Origin: Adineta vaga
Lineage: Eukaryota; Animalia; Rotifera
Length of the DNA: 64,000 nucleotides
Assembly: GCA_021613535.1 (NCBI GenBank)
Contig: CP075496.1
Coordinates: 2,976,001-3,040,000 of the forward strand
Reading direction: 5' to 3'
The notes under the pieces were generated by a model. The model was given only the letters and a program-made list of their open reading frames with translations. It did no database searches and was not told where the DNA came from. Positions within the stretch are counted from its first letter, which is position 1. Every line of letters begins with the position of its first letter. The position numbers and the translations under genes were made by a program. Positions 1 to 14,304 of the stretch are shown piece by piece.

Positions 1-1766
1 AACAACGAGCTGATGTGCGACATCAGTATTGTAAAAAAATGAAGGTTTAAATGTTAGGAAGCGCAGTGATAAGGGACAACGGAATGTGCTAAACTAGTGA
101 GAGAGAAAAGAAAAAGAAGAAAAAAAAAGCCCTTACCACAAGTATGCGTACATATTCTTCTCATTTCTTTCTATTGTCCAAACGAGCAATGAAGGTCGAA
201 CATCGGTCACGAAGCTGCGGCATGATTCTATAACTTATTTTTTTCTTCGCAAAACAAATCTAGTTTTTCTCGAGTTACTTCAATTTCCAGTAAGATTAAC
301 AAGTAAGTTTGACATTTTTTGTTTTGAAAAGATGTGTGATATGTAGATAAGAAAATAAAATCATTCACGACGAAAGATGGGACAGCAGATGATGTGATAA
401 TTAAAAAAAAGAAAATGAAGATAAACAGGAAATTATATCAGAATTTAATCGATAGAATAACTTTCAAGTACAACTATGATTGTTATTTTATCGATTCCAT
501 TAGTTGTCACGCAATTACATTTTATTTTACGGCGACATTTTATTTTAAATATCTGTAATAGACATGTAAAATAACAAGTTAACGTCACGGTTAGAACGTA
601 AATATTATTTTCTATAGGAGATCTATCAAGATAAGAATCTCTACATATGCGAAAAGAAAATGATGACATCTCTATATTATTATTATTATTACTATTATAT
701 CTGTAAACATTTCTGTCTTCCATGAAAATGATAGAATAGAAAATCGATTTTCTCGACTTTGTCAATAATGTTGAAAAATATCTATTTCTAGTGATATGAT
801 TCATATTCTTTTCGAATATATTATTGTATTCGAGTAAAATACTAATGATGTTTTTATAAGAGGTCTCTTGTTTCTCTCTGCGTTCCTTTCTATGACTGTA
901 GTTGGATGCTGTTCTCAGAGAATGATATCTATTGTTCGGGAAGAGAATACTGATATGATTATTAACCAATATTGATAGTCTATATAACAGACAACTGTTT
1001 ATTTGAGTTTCTTTTGATCGGTAGAAATTACTATCGTTATTTTCTATTTGCAACTGTTTATTTTTTATCGTTCTTCAGTGGAAGCAATAGTCATTCAGTC
1101 AATCGGTTCTCTCTATTCCGTTCTCTCTCTCTCACTCATACTCATGTTTTTTCTTTCCAATTTTCTATGTACGAAGAAACATGTATGCCCTCGGATAATT
1201 TGTTTCTTACTCAATTGAGTGTCGTTACTATTCAGACATTCATCTCATCTCGTCAATATGCATATGTTCTTTTCTTCGTCAGAAAGAACATCTCTTACGT
1301 AGAAAATGTTGCTAGAGAAGAAAAAAAGCAAAGCTGAGAAAGAAAGAAAAATACTGAGAATAACAGAAGAACGATAAATCTTCGTGTTTCTCCAAGGTAA
1401 TATCCATAACTGTCGTTGTCCTTCGTTTCTTCTCGAATCTCTATCGGAACGACGAAAAAAAAACGCTTACAAACAGACATATATGGTCTTGATTATTTTC
1501 AATTTTGTGTAAACAGATTGGAAGAAATAATCGCAGCGGATATTCTCTAATGAACAAGTACTATGTCAAAAAACAATAATAATACGAATGGTGATATCTG
1601 ATCAAGTTAGACGATTAGAATTGTTCTTTTTCTTCTTTTTCTTCTTCTTCGCCTTCGTTTTGTATTTTGCTTTTCCTTCTTCCAACCCGGTATTTTTCTT
1701 CTCTCGATCTCATCATGTCCATCAGTAAACAGATGGAAATCATTATGTATTAATTGAAAATCAATA

Positions 1767-4700
1767 ATGATTATCGAACCGCGTCGACGAAAGAGTTCTT
1801 CGGTGACATTTTCTGTGCCTGATGATCATCATCATCAACAATATTATGCACAACGAACATCCAGTTTTGCAGAATCAGATTGGGATTATGGTTAGTAGAA
1901 TGCGTATATGTGTTTTGCATGCCTGGATTATTTTATGTTAGAAATGATGATTTATATCAATGCTCTGTTTCTTAAAGTAATAGTTTTAACGATAGTTAAT
2001 ATCAAAATTCAAGGTAAAATGAGAATATCAGACAGAAAAGAGGTAATAAATGTCATTGTGATTATTATTAAAAAAGAAAATCATCTGATTCAATTTGATT
2101 TTTACGACATACAATAAATATTAGAGTAATACATTCAAATAATTCATTTCAATCGAACAAGTTTTGAGTAGTAGTAATTACGATGAAGAAAACTTCGAAG
2201 ACTTCTACAGAAATTGTCACTACTAATTATGATACAAATGCACAGAATAATGCTGGTGTGTTAAAAATAAAATTTGTCTTTTGTTGATTTTTAAATCTAA
2301 ATAAATATTTTTCATCATTTAGAACCAACAATTACAACGATTAGTCCTACAGCATTGGCTATGGCTCGAGCATTACGTAGTGTTAAAACATTCAAAAAAA
2401 GTTGGGATGCAGATAAAGCATTGAAAAATACTTACAAAGGAAAATTTGGTTTATATCAACTTCGTGCTTATATCTTTCTAGTACTAGGTTATGCTATTGT
2501 TGCAGCATGGATCACAGAGATGCCTACATTTGCTTGTAAGAATATCTTGATATTTAATGAATATGGATACATATGTATATATTTAGTAATGAAACCGAAA
2601 TCGTTCAATTGTACACCAACTTATATAAATATGACGAATGAAACGAATTCTACATCAAAACTTTTATATGGAAATGTTCAAAGAATTGTGGTTAATGGAA
2701 AAATACAACGAATTGAACCAACATATGAATACGATCAGGAATATGGACGAACTGTTCTTACTGATGTAATTAGATAGAAGAGAAATTTTTCGTGATGATT
2801 CTTTTTTCGTTTTAGTTCAACGCTTTTTGTGATCCAATACGAATAAAACTACCGAATATTATTTATCTTATCGGTTTAGTCATCGGAGGTTTAGTATTTG
2901 GTTGTATTGCTGATCATAGTGGAAGAAAAATGATTTTAATTGGTAAGAAAATAAATTGATTAACAAGATTTCTTTATAAAAGTTGTACAATTCTTGTAGG
3001 CTCAATGTGGACAGCATGTGCTCTATCAGTATTTCAACTTCTAAGTGATGATTATATATCGTATGTTTTTTTTATCTTTTTCGTTGGAATTGCGATCGGT
3101 GCTGTTCAAGTAATTACTGTACCTTATGTTATTGAAATGGTAAGTATTCGTTCGTTATATTTGAAACATATATTTTCGAATATTTCTTTTAGTTTCCAAT
3201 TGAAACACGAGCGATTTATGGTTTATTATTAACAGCTGCTGTATTCTTATTTGATTTAATTATACCTGGATTAGCATTTTTAATAAAAAATTGGAAAGTT
3301 TTACAAGGAGTTGTTTCCGCACCATTAATTATAACTGCCGTTCTTTATTGGTAAGTTAACAAAATATGTCATAAGATATCTTTTCTTACATATATACAAT
3401 CAAATAGTAGAAATGACTGAGTAATTAAAGTGTTTGATAAGAGAAAAAGATCATAAAAGAAAAACGAATAAATCATTGTGAAATGTAATATCTGTCAGTA
3501 TCATCTTGAGAATGTTGATAATAATATACGAAAGCTATAGAATTTTTAGACGAAGAAGTTTATCTCATTTTCTCGTTCGATTAATTCGAATGTTTTGGAG
3601 AATAATTGAATAATCTTATCATTGATATAGTGTTTTTTTTACTGAATGACTTCTGAAGAAATGGAACGATTTTTCATTGTTTTCTTCCATGAAGTGTTAT
3701 ATTTGCTCAAATATAACGGTAAAAAATCTTCTGAAAAGAAAATCAATCACCTAAAAATGAGTTTAATACTCATATCGCGTGTGAGAAACATCAACTTAAC
3801 GATGTCATTTTCTTTCTATTCCTGGAAAATACAGAGTATACTTCAAATGATCGAATTTTTAATCATATATTTAAGCTAATTTAAGAATTTAGATAATCAA
3901 TTTTATCACATTTATTTTCGAAATGAAGTTTAATTTGAGAAAATGTTTCATTCGTTTGTATTTTTACATTCGAGTTTCTCTACTCGAAGCATTCGGTCTC
4001 ATAACAATTGAAAACGTCTCAAAAGATTGCTATTGAAAATGATATCTACTCGCAAGAATTATATCTGCTATTATCTTCGATCAGCTCTATTCTTCTCCAA
4101 TTATTAACTATAGAATAATAAAGAATGAAAGTTACTTAAGATTATATTGATTAAATTTAATATATAGAAACTTTTTACACTTTGATAACAGTAAAAACAA
4201 GTTGTAAAAGAATAAAAACATGTACCCATCGGTACGCGAGAGATCATATATGACATAATTATAATTCATATGGAAAGAAATATTTATTATTCAGGTTCAC
4301 CGAAGAATCAATGTTTTGGCATACAGCTCAAAAAGATTATGTTACAGCTGTTTTATCATTAACGAATATTGCTCGTTTTAATGGTATCGTTTTTGAAGAT
4401 ATATTTACCGAAGCACGTGATTTTCTTCGTGGAAAACGTTCCAAAGGAATCCAATGTGATTTTCAACCATTACTTCGACTTGGTATGCATTTTTCTTCTT
4501 CATCAAATATGATTTCATATTTATTTTTTTCTGATTTCTTTCAGAGGACATTCAATCATTAGGTTCGAAATATCCCGATTTTGATATGGTAGATCTACAA
4601 GCTACAACCGGTAAGAAAACAACCTTTACACAACGTATCGCACAAGTATTAACTGGTCATAATTACAATCCAACATTATCGACATTTTATCCAACTGATT

Positions 4701-6284
4701 TTCTCCATTCATCGATCTTAACTCTTTATTTACTTGTCATGTGTGGTCTATGGTTTGTATTATTGATCTACTAAACTTTTCTTTCAATGATATCTATTTT
4801 TTTCTTTTCAAGGCTTGTTAGTTCATTAACGGAATATAGTCTTGATTCACCACAATTAACTCAACATTTGACAGATAATTTTTATCTCAATTATTTCTAT
4901 ACACATCTTATTCAAGTTGGTTCATTTATTGTTGCATTTCCCATGGTTTATAAGTATGAATAGAAAATATAATTATAAATTTAATGTTTATGTATATGCA
5001 TATTATTTAGATGGGGTCGTCGTTGGCCAACATTTTGTTTTTTTCTGATTGCTGAAGTTTGTTTACTTGGTTCAGCAACAGTTCGAATAGGTAATTTTTT
5101 CGATCTATTTATACTAATTCAAATCACAATCATTTATAGATACCGAAGATACACGTATTGCTATGTTGATTGTTTATTTTATGGGTAAATTTGCATCACG
5201 TGGAGGTTTTCTCGTTATTTTATTATATACATGTGAAATATTTCCAACTGGTTTAAGGTAAATTCAATTATTAGATAAATATTATTCAATATTTTATTTT
5301 CTTTACATATATAAAGATGTACAACACTTGGTATATGTTATACATTTCGATTAATTGGTATAGCATTGGCATCACCTGATCTTGTAAGGAAAATCTAAAG
5401 CAAAAAATTATTGTGAAATATTATCTTTCCTTTAGGCTGGATTAAATGATTGGATGCCTCGATTAATCTATGGTATTCTATCATTAATACTTGGTGCTAT
5501 GGCACTTCTTTTACCTGAAACAAAGAAATTTGCATTACCTCGAACTATAATTCAAGTTGAAGTTATTCCAACATCGATTAGTAAGAAATTTCGTCGTCAA
5601 CGTTCTGCACCAGCCAAACGAAATGTTCGTCCTGATGGTACACGTCCAGAAGGAGCTCATCCTTTTAATGATGCTGCTTCATCTGTATCGGGTATACGTT
5701 CTGTTCGTTTCGGTCCATATGATAATCAATCAACATTACATAGTGTCTATGAATTACAAGAATATGGACAAGATGATACTTTTCACTCATCAGCAGGTCG
5801 AAATAATCGACGAGCAGATTTACGTAATCCAGCAATCTTTCAACCAGTTGGTGGTGGTAATATCGAAGCATATCGACAGCAAACACCTATTGCTGAAGAT
5901 AATGAATATGATGAAGATGTTGATGATGATCGAACACGTTATGCACAACAACAACGACTCACTCTTCAACAACGTTCTCTTGAGCAACCATTGACAAATT
6001 TACGGTCAGACATCGATCTGAATAGTTTACCAAATGTAACAGTTAATAGACAGTCGTCCAATGATTCACCATCACAATTAGAAATGACAGCACAAATTCA
6101 AGCTGGTGATATAACAGGTGAACGAAGTGGAGTTACTAGAACAGCATCTTCAAATGATGATACAGGAGATAAAAATAAACATGATGAAAATTTATCTCAA
6201 TTACCAGCACGACTTCTTGATGAAACAGGAACATTTCCTCCAAATATAAGTGAAGAAGAAAATTATTTTTCAGAACACTGCTAA
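1767..6284 (+). CDS. SLC22-like (organic cation transporter family) MFS transporter, multi-exon, with long acidic/low-complexity C-terminal tail
   Basis: Spliced exons give MFS/SLC22 motifs: GGLVFGCIADHSGRK (~2885-2930), EMFPIETR, WFTEES, WGRRW, YTCEIFPTGLR, LLPETK (ORF 5454..6284). Start at ATG 1767 (MIIEPRRRKSS) is inferred. Confidence 0.8.
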
Positions 6285-7091
6285 CAAACAGTACAATCAT
6301 AGTCTTCATTCTTACCGAACAGTGTGATATAATTTACAGTTTATAACAGTGAAAGATACGTTTAGGCGCTTTTTTTCGTGTTTTTCTTTCTCTCTCTCTG
6401 TCAATAACGTAGAATTTGATTGTAGTCTGAACAGTTTCTAGAACAAAACTTCAATATATGCTTTATTTTAATAAGCTATTTCTTGTAGCTGATGAAATAA
6501 TAAAATAATCCAGTTTTTTTCCTTATTTTTCATTAACAATTGTTTCCTTCTTTTCTTTTTTTTCAATATTTCATACTCTAATTCATTCGCATATAAACAT
6601 GAACTGTTGTTTTCGTGTCATTTATAGTTATGTGAACAGTATTAAATATATGTTTTATGTTCATGTGTTTGCATTGATAAATAAACAAGAACAGAAGAAA
6701 AAGAATTTTATGAAAATATGAAATAAATCATCAATCCGATTAGAGATCTTTTTTGAGAATGTACAAGTCATTTTATTGTCTAAAATTAAATTTCTTAGTC
6801 AAGTGTAGAATAGATATTGTGAAATATCCATTCTTCCAATCGTTTTATGTAAATGCAACGTACCTACTTGAGAATGGTGGACTTTGCCTGGAAGAAAGAG
6901 AATAAACTCGAATACTCCAATGAGTCATTCGAACAATTATATACAGCGCAATTCTAAAAGATTAACGCAAAAACAACATTTGATCACAAACAATATTTTT
7001 TCCCATATTATCGCTTATCTGATTGCTTCATATTTAATAACTTCACTTCACTGCAGTTCACCTCTTTCGATTAGAAACTATAGAAATAGAT

Positions 7092-7520
7092 ATGTGGTAT
7101 TTTCAATTTTTTGTTCTGTCGATCTTACTTATTGCAACATGCCAAGTCGTGCAAAGTAGTAGTGCTGGATTTACAATCTCAGTCGTAGGTCAGAATTTAA
7201 TTGAAGCCGATGGAAATGGAGAAATTCCTACTTATAATTTACTATTACAAGCAAATCAACCAGTAACTTTCGTTGCTCAAGGTATTGTTATGCCACGAGG
7301 AAAAGACGCTCAAGCAAGTAAACCAGATTCAGGTACATGGTTATTCAATAATAAGGCCTTTCAAGTATTACCGTACGACCAAAGTCAATTTAATGAAACT
7401 CAAATAGTTGTAACATTAAAACCATTGGAAAGTATCAATAGAGCAACACGTGTTCGTTTCGTTGGTAATATCCTTGGGTATGATCGTAAATATGATGTTA
7501 TGGTTAGAGTGAACAATTAA
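7092..7520 (+). CDS. Intronless secreted 142-aa protein of unknown family, beta-strand-rich
   Basis: Clean ORF with signal peptide MWYFQFFVLSILLIATCQVVQS, globular-looking composition, AATAAA at/after the stop. Confidence 0.7.
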   Translation: MWYFQFFVLSILLIATCQVVQSSSAGFTISVVGQNLIEADGNGEIPTYNLLLQANQPVTFVAQGIVMPRGKDAQASKPDSGTWLFNNKAFQVLPYDQSQFNETQIVVTLKPLESINRATRVRFVGNILGYDRKYDVMVRVNN

Positions 7521-8176
7521 ATAAACATATAGTTTGAATTTGCTTCTACATGAAATTTATGAAACAAAAGAGCTGAATAAAATCTTCATTAAACATAGAT
7601 GTGAATGATGGAACGACTGTTTTTTTCTCTACGTAATATGCATTGTGAATTCAAGGCAACATTTTCTCTCATAATGCAGATGTACTACACATGAATCGAA
7701 TGATTTATTATTTTTTGAAAAGTATGACATATCTTTAAATTTGAGAGAACTGACAAATGATCTATTGCTCAAATCTATGACAACGATTTTGTATACGAGT
7801 AAAAATAGACTGTGAAGTTTGTGCTGCTTGAATCTAGCTTTAATGATATTTTATGTGAAATTATTATGATTCCAGAGCAGATGCATTTGTTGTTCTATTA
7901 TTTTCTTTTTTATATCTCAATCTGTTCTACTGGCATATAATTTTTCATAATATTTATCTGAACAATATTGAAACAAACAGATTAATCATGGTTTTTTTTC
8001 ACAATAAATACCAAAGAATTGAAGAAATGTTTTCAAAACAAAAATCAAATATATCAGTTAAATACGTGCTTGTGTTCAATGTAGAAGAAAAACCATATTT
8101 GAACTTGGTTCTAATAAACATACAAGTCAGTTATTCTTATTCATTTTAATGATAAAATCACAACAGTGACATTGCT

Positions 8177-9633
8177 ATGTTAATGCGTCGTTGAAGTCCA
8201 CCATCACCACTTCCAATAACTACATTGGATGACAATAAAATCTCTCAAAACCAACGAATCTGTTTACGTCGATGTAAACTTATTGTAATATCATGTATTG
8301 CAATAATTTTTCTTTGTTTTTTTACCATTTATACAATACAAAAAGAACGATTTTTCAAAGAAGAATATCGATATAAAAAACAAAATCAATATGAACATGA
8401 ACAACAATTATTATTCGATACATATATTCAAGATATATCAAACATATTGATAAAGTTTCCAGATAGAAATCATATTAATGAAAGTTCTCTTTTTCATATA
8501 CGAACAAAAACAATATTACTTTTAAAATATTTGGAAATTCAACGTAAAAAAGATATTCTTTTATTTCTTTACGAAACAAATCTGATTAAAACTAATCAAT
8601 TGAATTTACGAGAAGCTGATTTCAATAATGTTGAAATAATCTGTTCAGATCGATTTCATTATCTTTATTTACCTGGAATCGTTTGGTCCACTGCTGTTTT
8701 TATTAATTGTCATTTAATAAATGCTAATCTTAATCAAGTAAATCTCATGAATGCTCGATTTATTAATTCAACATTACAGAATACTTCATTGATTGAAACA
8801 AATCTCGAACAAAGTCATTTTATTCAAAGTATTATACTTCAGAATGATTTCAATAGTGCGTGTCTTCGTCAAGCTGATTTTCTTCAAGCACAAATTGTTC
8901 AAGGAAATAATTTTACAAATGCTGATCTTTATCAAGCGAAATTAACCAATGAACAATTCGAAGGGAAAAAATTCACTATTTTAAAACATGATTTTCGTCA
9001 TGCACGTTTTCCCAACGGTACATTCAGTTTACCAAATCTGTCAAGAAATTTAATTCAAAATGGAAATGCTGAAATCGATGTAAGATATTTTCTTTCAAAA
9101 CTATATGCATTTCAAATCTCTATTTTATTCATTAGTGTTTATTTAATAATCAAACTGCATGGACAACAAATAATTATAGTATTATCTTATCAACAGATAC
9201 GATTGAAAATGATACTTCTCATTGGGGAAATTGTTCATTTATATTGACAGCTGCTATACGTGTTTATCAAACTATTCAATTACATTCCTACAAACTTTTA
9301 ATTGATACAAATAATGCAAGAATTTCTTTCGCTACTTTTGCTAATTGTGAACAATCTTATTTCGAGATAAATATGTATCGTTCAGATCATATTTTACATC
9401 AATCAAAAATTTATTCAAGTAAAACAAAATGAATTTTCTTGTTCATAAAATGAATTCTTTTTTTTTCTTTAGAACCAATTAAATCAAGTAACAATACAGT
9501 CATGCTTCAGTATGGTAAATATCAATATCCTTTACCAATCTATACACGCTATATAACGATTTATTTCGGTATTGAAACATTTCAAATTGATCGTGCATGT
9601 TATTTTGATAATATAGCATTATTCATTTTTTAA
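8177..9633 (+). pseudogene. Membrane-anchored pentapeptide-repeat protein with C-terminal carbohydrate-binding-like domain; in-frame TGA at codon 6 (possible null allele)
   Basis: A(D/N)Lxx repeats (LREADFNN, LINANLNQVNLMNARF, FTNADLYQAKL), N-terminal TM helix, NLIQNGNAE...YFDNIAL C-terminal domain, two introns (~9080-9135, ~9419-9472). ATG TTA ATG CGT CGT TGA at 8177-8194 is in frame with ORF 8225. Confidence 0.65.
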
Positions 9634-12522
9634 ATATAAAATTAAATAAAGCTTTCTATATAATTAATGACTTAATTCTATATTTCATGAGTACATAGTA
9701 GATATCAACCTTTTTCTTTTCTTCTATGATTTATTATATGAGAACATTTTGTATACGTGTAAAATTGTCTTTAATTATATTTCTATTTTTGTTATTCCGG
9801 GTAAATATGAAATACCAATCATATAAGCAATAAAATCAGAATCTGAAATATATGCAAATATTCAGAATAAAACCCACATGGATGTTTTAAAGTCTTAAAC
9901 ATAGAGATATGCACAAAAAATTTTAAATTCTCACATCTTTTTCGAATCAAAATGCTTTTTTGTCAATAATACTATGTACTCTCTTATCGTTCTCAACCAA
10001 ATTGATTATATCAACGGATATGTTAATATAATATAAAATGTTAAAGCTATTTGATTTTCTGAAATAGAAAACGATGAGTATCTTTTTACTTGATAAGAGA
10101 ATAAACAAAATTAAGGGTGTATTGTCGAATCAATTACTCTTATCGTATTTTTCTGAGAGGTTTATACTTAACGATATGTTATTTGGAAAGATTTGATTTC
10201 TTTTTTTTTGCTTCGTTTGATTCTCCGAGGATGTCAGTATGACAAGCATATCAAGTTTATATGTTGTTTGTCAATGTGTGAAAAAAGCAGAAAAGTGAAT
10301 AATAAATCCGTTTTCTTTTATCATTACCGGAAAAAAAAGAATTCTTTTCCAAGGCCAAATGTGTTCAAAGAAAATACATTTCTTCTTCTTCTTCTTCTCT
10401 TTCAAGATCGTTTACATTTTAAGAAAATTCATTAGAAATCATATTAAATGAAAGAAACTCGAGAACATATCGTTACTTGAAGCTACATATACTATTTTAC
10501 AATCTTTTTTTATCTCCAAGAAAAACAAGTTCAATCAAGATCATTTGATAAACGAGAGATCTTTTTTTCCTTTTCTTTTCTTTTTGATTTTTTATTCAAT
10601 ATAAATATTGAAAAGAACTCTTTCATCAATACGGCTTCTTTAATAATAATAGAAGTGTGAACGATATTGAGAACGTTATTAGATATATAAATTGTATACT
10701 TTTTGTTTTCTTTTGTTCGTTTGATTAATTATTTTCGTATAACAATAAAAACAACGGAAGAAACGATTTTCTTTTCTTCTCTTGTTTGAATTAGTTATTT
10801 CAAGATTAATTTATCTATATTTGTTACTCTTCAATAAGAAGAAGGTCTTTCAAAACATACGTTGTTCATGTAACTATAGAAAAGTTTTCAAAATGATTAC
10901 GAAATATGCATCTTGCTCTTTTCTTTATATTTACTGTTGCTGTTGTTTTGCATGAGACTAAGTGCCTGTCATATTGATAATGCAAGGAAAAGAGAAAAAA
11001 AATCAAAAATGAAAGAAGAAAACTTGTTTCAGGCTACGTGACTGAATTAAGGAGTGACAATGACAGATATTAGGAAAAACGAGTTCGATCGATTTTTATT
11101 CAATTCAATTATCTGATAAATCAATGGCCGGATGGACAAGTCATTTTGTTTCCGAGTACGTCACTTAAGAAAAAACACAGCTCATAGAACAAAGAAAGAT
11201 GGATCATTTCGTTTATATATATGAATGACTTAGTCGTTGTTTAAAATGCAATATTTGGTCGGCACTATCAAAAAAGAACAAAAATGACTCGCAGCACGTC
11301 GAGATGAAGTGGCAGCGAAGGCGCAACAGCGCATTTGGTATGTTATAAGTGACGACGGAAAATTGTCGAGAAAGAAGAAGGGAGAAGCATTTCAGAGTAT
11401 CGCCACTACACAACAGGCGGACAAAAAACGTGAGATAATAAAAACTATTTTTTCTTCCTCTCATTCCATCTTCACACTATGCTACATAAAACATTGTAAA
11501 CTATTCGATAATAACACATAGTCAAAGAAATATCTGTAAATAATTATTGTTTATAATAGAGTATAACATAAATAGTCGTTGAGATTGATATAAGTTTAAT
11601 ATTTCCCAGTTTATCTAACACACTTGAGAAAGTTTATCATGCGCCTTCGATTTTCTCATTAGCTAATGAGATATGCACTCTTACAGTCAGGTGAAAGAAT
11701 TTGAATTGTTATTGACATCACATTTCAAAGAGTAAATCTCAATTAATTGAGACTTTTTTTTTGTATTTTTGTATTTCCCTAGTTTACTCTGCGATAAAAG
11801 CAAGAAAAGAAAAGGATATCTGCGTCATTTTCTAAATCGAATATTTATTCGTGCTTAAGTAATGAAAGAATTTCTCTAATCTATTTCTTTTATTCGAACT
11901 TTAATCACGATTCTATTTCGAAATGAGAAAAAAATCGACTTGTTGCACTCGACGGAATTATAATAATAATAAGAAGAAATGAATCAAAGAAGATTTGATA
12001 CTTAGTAATTGAGAGATTTTTTTGTCTGCTTTTAATAGATAAATCTTAAAGTTTCAAAAGACTTTTTTTTGTCCTAGTTCTTTTCCTCTTGTTGAACTTG
12101 TTATCTTTGTCGCTCCACAACTAATTTATTAAATTGATAAAGCCACTTGTGATTTGTTAGATACATGGAAATGAAGAATTTTCTCATTTATCAAAGTGTC
12201 GATATTGATTACGCTTTGTTCTCCATGTTTCCGTTTGTTTCTCATAAAATAAGCGACAGCTGTAACGAGCACCTGATACCAATATTTCGCTTGCATGCTT
12301 TCATATATCCATCTATCTTAAATGCGATTTTCTTGTTATTTTTCTTGAAAAATATATCTTTCATCGATTTTCTAGAACAATAATGATAATCCTTTTTTTC
12401 TTCAATTCTCTTGTCGAGTCTCTGTCTTGAAAAGAAGACGATGACTATATATAATTGATGTGGCAGCAAGTAGCAACAACAAGAGCAAAAACAACACTAC
12501 TAATAAGATCAAAACTAAGTGG

Positions 12523-14304
12523 ATGATGGCATGGCATCGTCTACATTGGTGTTTTCGAATGATACGATCAAAAACTGGTCGAATGGTAATTATGTTAATA
12601 TTAACTGTTGGTATAGCAATTGCTGAAATAATCTATGGATTACGAGCACGATCACAATTACTTATTGCCGATGGACTTTTTTCATTTGCTGAAGGTATTG
12701 CATTAGTTGGCTCTTTAATTGCATTACGATATGCAAAAGCTGAACGTTTACATTCGAAAAATACATTTGGGTATGAATGCTATTCTTTTCAATCAATTAA
12801 GAATATAATCATTATTTTTCCTTTGTAAATTTCAGTTGGGCACGTTTAGAAATTCTTGCTGGTTTGTTACAAGAAGTTCTTCTCATATCACTTTCACTTT
12901 CAATTATTGTGGATGCTGTTAATAAATTAATCAATCCACATCATATTGAAGATGCATCAGCAATGATTTTTCTCGGATCAGGTGGATGTATTATTGGTTT
13001 ACTTGGTTTAGTTTTATTTCGTGGTTATCATCATGATCATAATATTGGAAATGAAATCGTTGAACAAAAGAAACATGATTTTGTTCGAAGTGTTTATACA
13101 ACTCTGAGAAATCTTGATATGAATACAGAAACGAATGAACATCCTTTAATTGAGCAGACAAATCTTCCACCTCCTTCATCTATTGTTATTCCTGAACTTG
13201 TTGTTACAGAATCTACTACAAATATTACTACAAGTAGTAATAATAATAATAATAATAATGATCAACAAAAGAAACGTCAATTATCACATGACTTAATTTT
13301 ACCATCATTAAATGATACATATAGAAATTCTTTTATCGCTTCAGAAAAAACGGAAACGGTTAAAGAAGAACGCATTAGTGATACGAGTGAACAGCAATTA
13401 CGTGTACCCGATCGGATATCAGTCGAATTTACACGTATGAGAAGTCGAAGTGGCGATTCGGTGATGTCATCAACATTTGCACTTAATCAAGTTGAACCCG
13501 ATCTAGAAGATGATTTTCAAAAATCGCGTGTTTTTGCAACATTACATGCACTTTCATTACATTCATTGGTAAACAGACAAACATAACATTTTTTTTTTAA
13601 ATTTCATCTAGTAAACCTTCTTATCTATTTCTATATGTAGGCTGTTCTTCTGGAATCATTAATAGTATTATTTTCCGGTTTATTAAATAATTTTATTCCA
13701 AATAAAGATAAGAATGGTCTCCCTATTAATGTATGGTTAAAATATATTGATCCCTCCTTAACATTAGTCATGGTCGTTATAATTGCTATTAAAGCTATTC
13801 CTGTTATTTGGTCACTTGGTAACATTCTTGTTGAAGCTGTTCCATCTGGTATCAATACACGGCAATTAATTCAAACGATAATGAAAACAATCCCAGAAAT
13901 ACGTGCTGTACATAGTGTACATGTATGGAGGTAAATAACTGACTTGTTTTATGTTTTCTTTTCTTCACATATTGATATATTTTAGAGCAACAGCTCGGGA
14001 TGTTTTTGCAACTTTACATGTTGTTTGTGACGAAGATTTATCTTTAAGTACATGTACGGATTTATTTGGTCGTCAGTTACAACGAATCTTTGAAACACAT
14101 TGTATACGTCATTTTACATTACAATATGAGTATATTGAACCAGGTGGTGATATAAATCAATGTGCGTATGGTACGCGTCGACGACATCGAGGTCACCAAT
14201 CGACTTCGGAAAATAATGATAATGTAACGATTCAAACACATATTGATTTACATGTCAACTCACTAAAGACAGATGTTACTGATTTATTACGTCGATCTGT
14301 TTAA
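12523..14304 (+). CDS. Cation diffusion facilitator, ZnT1/ZnT10-like (SLC30A), 4 exons
   Basis: KNTFGWARLEILAGL across the first splice, YIDPSLTLVMV, ILVEAVPSGI, VHSVHVW, ATLHV and HFTLQYE motifs of CDF TM and dimerisation domains. Confidence 0.85.

Noticed and set aside
445-1480. Track ORFs 445..1053(-), 972..1337(+), 1295..1480(-)
   Set aside because: Low-complexity I/N/F/R composition typical of AT-rich non-coding DNA, no domains; likely upstream/UTR region of the SLC22-like gene.
5557-5994. Alternate-frame and antisense ORFs inside real genes (also 31013..31327, 49895..50164, 58657..58875, 62041..62367)
   Set aside because: Shadow ORFs produced by codon bias of the true frame.
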